Position numbers and translations under genes: made by a program
Notes under the pieces: model-generated
The model's database searches: none
Seen by the model: the letters and a program-made list of their open reading frames with translations, nothing else
What the model was told of the DNA's origin: nothing
Shown: in pieces, positions 8,136 through 17,211 of the stretch
How the letters are laid out: every line of letters begins with the position of its first letter
Numbering within the stretch: position 1 is the stretch's first letter
NCBI GenBank assembly: GCA_038523235.1
Contig: JBCBJQ010000116.1
Coordinates: 1 to 18,092, forward strand
Source of the DNA: Cyanobacteria bacterium J06626_4
GTDB taxonomy: Bacteria > Cyanobacteriota > Cyanobacteriia > Phormidesmidales > Phormidesmidaceae
Direction of reading: 5' to 3'
DNA: 18,092 nt

Positions 8136-8383
8136 CGGAAATAGAAGACTGGTCACGCTAGAGTCCTAGCGCTTGAGGCTGTTCTCCCCAGACTACGGAT
8201 TGTTATCGCTAAGTCATATCGAGAATGGCGGTTCCAGAGGCGAAGTCATCTTGACGCTCTGGCAACATGATGCGGCAGTTCCTGCTTGGTAATACCAGTT
8301 CTACAAATTACAGCCACCCATCCAAGTCTGCTTTCTCCCAGTCGGAGAAACTGTGTGTTGGCCTGGCCTGCCCGTCGGGCTGA

Positions 8384-8419
8384 CGACTCCGTTCAGCCGA
8401 CGTTCCTTGAGCGGAGTCG
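8384..8419. repeat. REP-like palindrome (TGAGCGGAGTCGAA type)
   Basis: CGACTCCGTTCA (8384-8395) pairs with TGAGCGGAGTCG (8408-8419), one G-U pair, 12-nt loop; lies downstream of pth. Confidence 0.5.
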
Positions 8420-8468
8420 AAAGGAAGATTCTGTAGTCCAGTTTCAGAGAACTGGGATAGGAGCTTTA

Positions 8469-9086
8469 TTAAGGCAGTGCCGATCGCCCATTAAAGGCAC
8501 TCATGGCTTCTTCATGGCCTTTCAACAAGATGGTTTCGATCGCCTCGGTGGCCCAATCGAGGGCAGTATTGACCAGCGGTTTTTCATCCGGGGCAAACTT
8601 ACCCAAGACATGCGCGACGACGGCCTGGTCGCGATCGCCCGCGCGCGCCGTACTGCCAATGCCGACCCGTAACCGGGGAAACGTTTGGGTGCTCAGGTGA
8701 GCAATGATCGACTTCATGCCGTTATGACCGCCAGCCGAGCCTTCGGCCCGAATTCTCAATCGTCCGAGCGGCAGCGCCATGTCGTCATACACCACTAAAA
8801 CCGTCTGGGCGGGTAGCTTATACCAGTCCACAACGGCTCTCACCGCTTGGCCAGAGCGGTTCATATAGGTGTTGGGTTTCAGCAGCGCGAGCTTGTGCCC
8901 GGCGATCGCCCTCCCTTCCCCAAACTTGCCGTGAAATTTGCGATTGTCGGCCATGTCAATGTGCCAGCGCTGCGACAGGGCATCAACCACATCAAACCCC
9001 ACGTTGTGCCGCGTGCGGGCATATTTGTCGCCTGGGTTGCCCAAACCCACCACTAAGCGCAGAGAGGTTGCCGATTCATTAGCCAT
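8469..9086 (-). CDS. pth: Peptidyl-tRNA hydrolase
   Basis: LVVGLGNPG..YARTRHNVGF, LLKPNTYMNRSG, VVYDD, GSAGGHNGMKS, FPRLRVGIG, HVLGKF. Confidence 0.97.
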   Translation of the reverse strand: MANESATSLRLVVGLGNPGDKYARTRHNVGFDVVDALSQRWHIDMADNRKFHGKFGEGRAIAGHKLALLKPNTYMNRSGQAVRAVVDWYKLPAQTVLVVYDDMALPLGRLRIRAEGSAGGHNGMKSIIAHLSTQTFPRLRVGIGSTARAGDRDQAVVAHVLGKFAPDEKPLVNTALDWATEAIETILLKGHEEAMSAFNGRSALP

Positions 9087-9406
9087 TGCAAGATATGAGA
9101 ATGCGCAACAAAAGATATCTGTGCCACAACGGACAGGCTGGCCAGCGGCTGATCGGCGATCCTACCCTCATCCGCTGAGCCAGGTGAGACGGGGCGGTAG
9201 CTGTGTCGGTTTCATCCCACGCTTCAGTGGACGGCACGGTCGCCGAAAATAAAGCATTGTCGTGGTGATAAGCTAGCAAGCCTGAGTAACCGCAAGCGTC
9301 ATCAGGCCCAGCAGTCAGCGTGATGCTGAGATCCTGGAGAATCTCAAAACTCTCAAGACCTGCCTGCGGTTTAAGAGCAATCCCATGGGGGAATTTGCTT
9401 GAGTGC

Positions 9407-9754
9407 CTAAGAAGACGTGGCGGACGCATCCGGAGCCGCGACGTCGGCAGCGACGGTGGCGGCTGCATCGGCTGCCGCATTCTCTGCTACCGCCTCGGTT
9501 TCAACCTCTGGTTCGGGCAGGGCTTTCGGCTCAGGCCGCTCGATCTCGGCCTTCATCGGCGCGTTCATCGATTTTTTGAGATCTTCTGCCTCTTTTTTAA
9601 ACTCTGTCTCAAACTCTTGCTGAGCCTTTTTGAAGCTGCCCAGGGCTTGAGCTAAACTGCGACCCATCTCAGGCAGTTTTTTAGGGCCAAACACCAGCAA
9701 AGCAACGACCAATATCAAGGCCATCTCGGGGAGCCCGATCCCAAAAACGTTCAT
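9407..9754 (-). CDS. tatA: Twin-arginine translocase subunit TatA/E
   Basis: MNVFGIGLPEMALILVVALLVFGPKKLPEMGRSL; AGGAGG RBS; conserved cyanobacterial psbH-tatA-pth order. Confidence 0.95.
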   Translation of the reverse strand: MNVFGIGLPEMALILVVALLVFGPKKLPEMGRSLAQALGSFKKAQQEFETEFKKEAEDLKKSMNAPMKAEIERPEPKALPEPEVETEAVAENAAADAAATVAADVAAPDASATSS

Positions 9755-9836
9755 ATCGTCCTCCTAAAGGCTGACAGTTACGCCCGCACACACCTGATCG
9801 CGGTCATGAATGAGTCGATAACTGTCGAACTATGTG

Positions 9837-9879
9837 CCAAAAACAAGAAGGGTAGAAGCGTTGGTTCTTCTACCCTTCT
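9837..9879 (-). terminator. Intrinsic terminator / stabilising hairpin after psbH
   Basis: 13-bp perfect stem AGAAGGGTAGAAG (9846-9858) / CTTCTACCCTTCT (9867-9879), followed on the minus strand by TGTTTTT. Confidence 0.75.
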
Positions 9880-9906
9880 GTCAGTCAATCGAAGCAGTAG
9901 CTGAAC

Positions 9907-10110
9907 TTAGATGCCCAGACTGCGCCAGTCAACATCGACGTTCTGCAAAATGAGTGAAGAGTTGTAGAGCTGAAGAATAATCAACAGAAATACGAAGAAC
10001 AGCCCCATGAAGACGCCCATGACGGGAGTCGTTCCCCAACCCGGGGATACTTTGCCGTATTCAGAGTTGAGGGGTTTTAGCAGATTGCTTAGCCGCGTTT
10101 GTTGTGCCAT
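9907..10110 (-). CDS. psbH: Photosystem II reaction center protein PsbH
   Basis: [32 protein letters not shown]...LQLYNSSL (67 aa); start moved to the ATG at 10110, which has an AGGA RBS. Confidence 0.97.
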   Translation of the reverse strand: MAQQTRLSNLLKPLNSEYGKVSPGWGTTPVMGVFMGLFFVFLLIILQLYNSSLILQNVDVDWRSLGI

Positions 10111-10140
10111 CAGTGTCCTGAACCTATACGCCACTTTATA

Positions 10141-10175
10141 TTCCGTAATATTATAAGATTAAGGTGTTTTATAGG
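10141..10175. promoter_or_regulatory. AT-rich overlapping divergent promoter region psbH/psbN
   Basis: Minus-strand TATAAT at 10150-10155 about 40 nt before psbH; plus-strand TAATAT/TAAGAT at 10146-10159 before psbN. Confidence 0.45.
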
Positions 10176-10187
10176 AAACCTCATTCT

Positions 10188-10319
10188 ATGCAGCCTGCAA
10201 CAGTTCTTATCATTTCTGTGGGTGCAGTGGTCGTTGCCTTTACGGTACTCGCTGTGTACACCGCCTTTGGCCCGCCTGCTAAGCAGCTAGCTGATCCCTT
10301 CGATGAGCACGAAGACTAG
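10188..10319 (+). CDS. psbN: PsbN (photosystem II assembly protein), missed by the ORF track
   Basis: Manual translation MQPATVLIISVGAVVVAFTVLAVYTAFGPPAKQLADPFDEHED* (43 aa) with the diagnostic YTAFGPP...L.DPF.EHED end; divergent from psbH. Confidence 0.96.
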   Translation: MQPATVLIISVGAVVVAFTVLAVYTAFGPPAKQLADPFDEHED

Positions 10320-10372
10320 ACGCCCACGAGCTGCCCTGTTATTCAACGGCTCTATGGCTGGAATTGACTGCG

Positions 10373-10420
10373 TTGGCGACCAGTGAGCTGATCGCCAATT
10401 GAGGCTATGTTTCTCCTCAA
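10373..10420. terminator. Two tandem hairpins between convergent psbN and sdhA
   Basis: TTGGCGA..TCGCCAA (10373-10398) and TTGAGG..CCTCAA (10399-10420). Confidence 0.35.
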
Positions 10421-10507
10421 AATTGCCTAGGATGCTGTTCGCGTGGTGTCTGGAGCTTTTTGGTGAGGAATTATGAGTGACCCTTGTGCCTGGGATGGTA
10501 TGAGGGT

Positions 10508-12418
<1,911 letters not shown>

Positions 12419-12810
12419 GGGCAGGGAGAGGGCGTAGTGAAGACAACAGGAAAAATGAGTCCTGCTCTGAGCGGACAAATCCGACTGACGCCATGGTCTC
12501 CGGTTCGGACTCGCCAGTTCTGCAGCCAACCCCCATTCTCAGAACATTGGGGGCACATACCCCAGATTAGAGGATGTCAAGGGAGGAATGCGTCCGGTCT
12601 GACAGCGCTTTTATGATTTCGCGGGGTGACCCATGGAAGGAAGTAGACAGGGCTGCGGTTTAGCGGCAGCGGTGCGATGAGTCCCTACCTGGTCAGGATA
12701 GAACATGCGATTGCTCCCACCGATAACGGGGGCCACGTGGCAGGCCATTCTGGCGCAAAACCCGCAAAATCCTGATCGGTCAATAGAATCATCAGTCAGT
12801 GAACAATCAA

Positions 12811-12816
12811 TACAAT
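12811..12816 (+). promoter_or_regulatory. Candidate -10 element for ssaD-ogdA
   Basis: TACAAT in an AT-rich patch about 100 nt upstream of the ATG at 12913; no clear -35. Confidence 0.3.
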
Positions 12817-12912
12817 TTCAGTGGTTGCCCCGGTGTCCCTTGCGACAGTAGAGATCGGCCCAACGCTGCGACCCGAAATCTACTGCAGTGTTGCCTGTAA
12901 GAGGAAGCTACG

Positions 12913-14304
12913 ATGGCGATCGCAACCATTAATCCCACCACTGGGCAGACCCTCAAGACCTATACCCCGTTCGATCAGATGGCTTTAGAGGCCCGCCTGG
13001 CCCAAGCCCAAACCGCCTTTGCCACCTATCGAACGACGTCTCTCAAGCAGCGCGCCCGCTGGCTGCACGCAGTCGCTGACTTGTTAGAGAGCAACAAACA
13101 GGCCTATGGCCAACTGATGACCTTAGAGATGGGCAAGCCGCTAAAAAGCGCGATCGCGGAGGTGTCGAAATGTGCCTGGGTCTGTCGGTTTTATGCCGAC
13201 AATGCGGCCAGCTTTTTGCAAGATGTGCCCGCCGTGACCGATGCCAGCCAAAGTTTCGTCCGCTATCAGCCGCTAGGCGTCGTGCTGGCAGTGATGCCGT
13301 GGAATTTTCCGTTTTGGCAGGTGTTTCGATTTGCCGCCCCAACCCTGATGGCCGGTAATGGGGCGCTGCTGAAGCATGCCTCTAACGTGCCGCAATGTGC
13401 GCTGGCGATCGCCGATATTGTTCACAAAGCCGGGTTCCCCGAGGACGTGTTTCAAACGCTGCTGGTGGGGGCTGATGCCGTGGCGGGGTTGCTCGCTGAT
13501 GAGCGGGTGAAAGCGGCCACGCTCACCGGTAGTGAACCGGCGGGGGCGGCGCTGGCGGCGACGGCGGGTCAGCAGATTAAGCCCACGCTGCTGGAATTAG
13601 GGGGGACTGATCCCTTCATTGTGATGCCCAGCGCCGATCTAGACGCTGCCATCACCACGGCGATGACGGCTCGCCTGCTGAATAACGGGCAGTCTTGCAT
13701 TGCGGCGAAGCGGTTTATTCTGCATACGGCGATCGCTGAGCCGTTTTTAACTGGGCTGACGGCGAAGTTCAAGGCGCTCCAGGTGGGCGACCCCAACTTA
13801 GGCACTACGGATATCGGACCGCTGGCCACGCCGCAGATTCGCGATGAGCTGGCGGCGCAGGTGACGGCCTGCGTGCAGCAGGGGGCCAAAGTGCTGGTGG
13901 GGGGAGATCTGGAGTCCTGCCTGACAGCTTTACCGGATGCGCTGCGCCAGGGCAACTTTTACCCGCCCACAATTTTGGCGGACATTCCCCCTGGGACGCC
14001 GGCGGATCAGGAAGAGTTTTTTGGGCCGGTGGCGTTGACCTTTCAGGTCGATAGCTTTGAGGCGGCAGTGCAGTTGGCCAACAGTACCCCGTTGGGGCTA
14101 GGGGCCAGCGCCTGGACCCAGTCCGCCGAGGAATGCGATCGCTTCGTCAATGAGCTAGAGGCGGGGGCGGTCTTTATCAACGGCTTGGTGAAGTCGGATC
14201 CGCGCTTGCCCTTTGGCGGCATCAAGCGATCGGGCTATGGCCGCGAGTTGGGGCGCGAGGGCATTTTGGCTTTTGTGAATGCTAAAACGGTTTGGATCAA
14301 ATAA
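12913..14304 (+). CDS. gabD: NAD(P)-dependent succinate-semialdehyde dehydrogenase (SsaD/GabD)
   Basis: ALDH motifs VMPWNFPFWQ, LKHASNVP, TLTGSE, LELGG (Glu), GQSCIAAKRF (Cys), EEFFGP, PFGGIKRSGYGRE; directly upstream of ogdA; GAGG RBS. Confidence 0.93.
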   Translation: MAIATINPTTGQTLKTYTPFDQMALEARLAQAQTAFATYRTTSLKQRARWLHAVADLLESNKQAYGQLMTLEMGKPLKSAIAEVSKCAWVCRFYADNAASFLQDVPAVTDASQSFVRYQPLGVVLAVMPWNFPFWQVFRFAAPTLMAGNGALLKHASNVPQCALAIADIVHKAGFPEDVFQTLLVGADAVAGLLADERVKAATLTGSEPAGAALAATAGQQIKPTLLELGGTDPFIVMPSADLDAAITTAMTARLLNNGQSCIAAKRFILHTAIAEPFLTGLTAKFKALQVGDPNLGTTDIGPLATPQIRDELAAQVTACVQQGAKVLVGGDLESCLTALPDALRQGNFYPPTILADIPPGTPADQEEFFGPVALTFQVDSFEAAVQLANSTPLGLGASAWTQSAEECDRFVNELEAGAVFINGLVKSDPRLPFGGIKRSGYGRELGREGILAFVNAKTVWIK

Positions 14305-14373
14305 ATGCGAAATGGCCTGAATCACGGGATTGATCCATCACGGACTGACAAGATTAGTAAGGAATGAGTGGGG

Positions 14374-16011
14374 ATGAACACTGCCGAGCTGCTGGTGCGC
14401 TGTTTAGAAAATGAAGGGGTCGAATACATTTTTGGCGTGCCCGGGGAAGAAAACCTGGCCGTTCTGCAGGCGCTCAAATCCTCATCGATTCAGTTTGTGA
14501 CGACCCGCCACGAGCAGGGAGCGGCCTTTATGGCCGACGTCTATGGTCGCCTCACCGGCAAGGCGGGGGTGTGTCTATCCACCCTGGGGCCGGGGGCGAC
14601 GAACTTGATGACCGGTGTGGCCGACGCCAACCTCGACTGCGCGCCGCTGGTGGCCATTACCGGTCAGGTGGGCACCGATCGCATGCATATCGAGTCGCAC
14701 CAATATCTTGACCTGGTGGCGATGTTTTCACCGGTGACTAAGTGGAACGCGCAGATTGTGCGGCCCAGCATCACGCCGGAGATTGTGCGCAAGGCCTTCA
14801 AACTGGCCCAGACGGAGAAACCGGGCGCGGTGCACATTGACCTGCCGGAAAACATTGCTGAGATGGCGGTGACGGGGCAGCCACTGCGGCGGGATGGCCA
14901 AGACAAGTCTGAAGCCTCGCTGCAGAGCATTAAGCAGGCGGCAAACGCGATCGCCCAGGCGACAAATCCGCTGATTTTGGTGGGCAATGGCGCGATTCGG
15001 GCGCAGGCTAGCGAGGCGCTACTGCGGTTTGCGACGGGGCTCCACATTCCTGTGGTGAATACGTTTATGGGCAAGGGTATGCTGCCCTACACCCATCCGC
15101 TGGCCCTGTGGACCTTTGGCCTGCAGCAGCGCGACTTTATCAGCTGCGGCATTGAGCGGGCTGACCTGATCATCGCGGTGGGCTATGACCTGGTCGAATT
15201 TTCACCGAAAAAGTGGAACCCGAATGGCGACCTGCCGATTTTGCACATTAGCGCCACTCCCGCCGAAATCGATCGCAGCTACATTCCACAAACGGAGGTG
15301 GTGGGCGACATTGCCGATGCACTAGACGCGATTCTCAGTCGCGTCGATCGCCCCGCTCAGCCCGACCCCACCAATGCTGAACTGCGCGACGAGATTCGGG
15401 CCGACTACCAGCGCTATGCCGACGACACCGGGTTTCCGGTCAAGCCGCAAAAGCTGATTTATGATCTGCGCCAGGTGCTCGGGCCAGAAGACATTTTGAT
15501 CTCCGACGTGGGCGCTCACAAAATGTGGATTGCCCGCAATTATCACTGCGATCGCCCCAACACCTGTTTGATCTCGAATGGCTTTGCGGCGATGGGCATT
15601 GCCATCCCCGGCGGCATTGCCGCCAAGCTGGTGCATCCTGATCGGCAGGTGATTGCGGCGACCGGTGACGGCGGCTTTTTGATGAACTGCCAAGAACTCG
15701 AAACCGCGCGCCGCTTGGGGACGCCCTTTGTGACGCTGATCTTTCACGATGGCGGCTACGGTCTGATTGAGTGGAAGCAGCAGAATCAGTACGGCGAGTC
15801 GAATTTTATCCACTTCACTAATCCCGACTTCGTCAAGTTTGCCGAGTCGATGGGCCTGAAGGGCTATCGGGTCGAGCACACTGAAGACTTGATGCCCACC
15901 CTGAAGGAGGCGCTGGCGCAAGCGGTGCCCACGGTGATTGACTGCCCGGTGGACTATCGGGAAAACCTGTTGTTTAGCCAGCAAACGCAGGAACTCACAT
16001 GCTCCATCTGA
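14374..16011 (+). CDS. ogdA: ThDP-dependent 2-oxoglutarate decarboxylase (OgdA; often annotated acetolactate synthase large subunit)
   Basis: MNTAELLVRCLENEGVEYIFGVPGEENL, RHEQGAAFMAD, TLGPGATN, GDGG ThDP motif; paired with SSADH and no ilvN nearby. Alternative GTG start at 14368. Confidence 0.85.
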   Translation: MNTAELLVRCLENEGVEYIFGVPGEENLAVLQALKSSSIQFVTTRHEQGAAFMADVYGRLTGKAGVCLSTLGPGATNLMTGVADANLDCAPLVAITGQVGTDRMHIESHQYLDLVAMFSPVTKWNAQIVRPSITPEIVRKAFKLAQTEKPGAVHIDLPENIAEMAVTGQPLRRDGQDKSEASLQSIKQAANAIAQATNPLILVGNGAIRAQASEALLRFATGLHIPVVNTFMGKGMLPYTHPLALWTFGLQQRDFISCGIERADLIIAVGYDLVEFSPKKWNPNGDLPILHISATPAEIDRSYIPQTEVVGDIADALDAILSRVDRPAQPDPTNAELRDEIRADYQRYADDTGFPVKPQKLIYDLRQVLGPEDILISDVGAHKMWIARNYHCDRPNTCLISNGFAAMGIAIPGGIAAKLVHPDRQVIAATGDGGFLMNCQELETARRLGTPFVTLIFHDGGYGLIEWKQQNQYGESNFIHFTNPDFVKFAESMGLKGYRVEHTEDLMPTLKEALAQAVPTVIDCPVDYRENLLFSQQTQELTCSI

Positions 16012-16562
16012 CGCCGGCTGATCGGCGCTTTTGCCTCCGCTGGATGTTGGCGACCACCGCCGCGATCGCCCTCTGCAATCCTCTCGGGGCCCCTGGACTA
16101 TTGATCGGCCCCGTCGTGCTGGCGATCGCCCAGGGGCTGGCGCTCAGACGATATTATGCACCGGTTGCTTGGTGGGGTCTGGCGACGATAGTCGGTGGCT
16201 ATGGGGCGATCGCGCTCTTTATCGTGTGGGCTCTCTTTTGGTCTGCGTTGCCGCTGCCGTTGATGGTGTTGGTGTGTGGGGCGATCGTGGGGTGTCCGCA
16301 AGCGTGGGTGCTGCGGCGCGGCAGTCGTCTGTGGGGTTGGTGGCCGCTAGTGAATGCGGTCATTCTCACGGTCAGCATTGCCTGGTTTGTGCCCGATATG
16401 GTTGATGCGGCAATTTACGGTACCCGGCGCATCCTCTGGCATTGGGTACCGTTGGCTGCCTTGACGGGCCTCATCGGCGGTTGTCTCAAAGGGCTAGCGC
16501 TGGTGTGGTTTCTGAAAAAACGGCCAGTCCCCACGCGTGATGCTGACAGTCCAGCGGTCTGA
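15999..16562 (+). CDS. Hypothetical integral membrane protein (about 5-6 TM helices)
   Basis: 187 aa, hydrophobic and Trp-rich, with an internal repeat (AQGLALRR..WW / PQAWVLRR..WGWW); overlaps the ogdA stop by 13 nt. Confidence 0.7.
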   Translation: MLHLTPADRRFCLRWMLATTAAIALCNPLGAPGLLIGPVVLAIAQGLALRRYYAPVAWWGLATIVGGYGAIALFIVWALFWSALPLPLMVLVCGAIVGCPQAWVLRRGSRLWGWWPLVNAVILTVSIAWFVPDMVDAAIYGTRRILWHWVPLAALTGLIGGCLKGLALVWFLKKRPVPTRDADSPAV

Positions 16563-16564
16563 AA

Positions 16565-17035
16565 TTAGGTTGGGTCGCAGCGAATTTCTAATAGGAAGCC
16601 GTCGGGGTCATAGAAGTAGATGCCGCGTCCGGTCGGTCGGCTGACTGGCCCATGATCAATGGGAATATTCTGCTGCTTGAGAACGGTGACGGCCTGATCG
16701 AACTGCTCTGGTGCGATACCAAAGGCCATGTGGTTGGCGCGGGTAAACTGCTGGGTCGGATCAGCGTCCGGGGGCTGCAGGTCAGGCTCGCCAAACAGGT
16801 CTAAAATCAGGCCGTCTGGCAGGCGAAAGTTAGCAACTTTGCCCGCTGCGACGAGATCTTTGAGCGTTTCGGGTACTTCGGCTCCGCGCAACTCATGCAA
16901 CCCCAAAATGTCACCGTAGAAATGGCGGGAAGCGGCCATATTCTTGACGTTCAGCGCGATGTGATGAACGCAGCTGAGCGCGCCAGTGGGTAGGGTGGCT
17001 GATGATTTTGAGGGGGCGATCGCGGAATCCGTCAT
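16565..17035 (-). CDS. VOC family (glyoxalase/bleomycin-resistance) protein
   Basis: VHHIALNV...SRHFYGDILG, NHMAF, GRGIYFYDPDGFLLEI. Confidence 0.9.
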   Translation of the reverse strand: MTDSAIAPSKSSATLPTGALSCVHHIALNVKNMAASRHFYGDILGLHELRGAEVPETLKDLVAAGKVANFRLPDGLILDLFGEPDLQPPDADPTQQFTRANHMAFGIAPEQFDQAVTVLKQQNIPIDHGPVSRPTGRGIYFYDPDGFLLEIRCDPT

Positions 17036-17119
17036 GACAATAGAGCAAGCACTGTTCAGAATTCCATTGTATGACCCTGATCAAGCCGTAGTAAATCCAG
17101 CATAGTTTCTATTCTTTAG

Positions 17120-17168
17120 AATTCCAAAATCTGGATTCCAAATTCTAAACTTCGAATTCCTAACTTCT
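17120..17168. repeat. Degenerate heptamer tandem repeat (STRR-like), 7 units
   Basis: AATTCCA AAATCTG GATTCCA AATTCTA AACTTCG AATTCCT AACTTCT. Confidence 0.6.
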
Positions 17169-17211
17169 TTCCCTTTGTGCTATCTAGGAAAAGACTATCG
17201 CCCCTACTGTC

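Noticed and set aside
8286..8672. 128-aa plus-strand ORF
   Set aside because: Antisense to pth and runs through repeat hairpins; no protein features.
9079..9480. 133-aa minus-strand ORF bridging tatA and pth
   Set aside because: Overlaps tatA out of frame, has no recognisable motifs or RBS; likely spurious.
12419..12529. 37-aa N-terminal extension of SdhA in the ORF track
   Set aside because: It does not resemble the family; the family-like sequence begins at MLDARIP (12418).
12430..12800. Possible TPP riboswitch (CTGAGA on the minus strand; CCTGATC on the plus strand) near a ThDP enzyme
   Set aside because: The two hallmark motifs lie on opposite strands, and the rest of the consensus is missing.
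12897..12911. NtcA-like site GTA...TAC before ssaD
   Set aside because: Spacing is N9 rather than N8, and it overlaps the RBS.
13903..13950. Apparent extra loop in SSADH (DLESCLTALPDALRQ) as another micro-element insertion
   Set aside because: The DNA lacks the double-hairpin pattern; more likely an ordinary surface-loop indel.
15322..15984. 220-aa antisense ORF within ogdA, and the other short shadow ORFs
   Set aside because: Expected antisense or alternative frames in GC-rich coding DNA.
14374..16011. Annotation as acetolactate synthase (ilvB)
   Set aside because: Linkage to SSADH and the MNTAELL...GEENL N-terminus fit cyanobacterial 2-oxoglutarate decarboxylase better.
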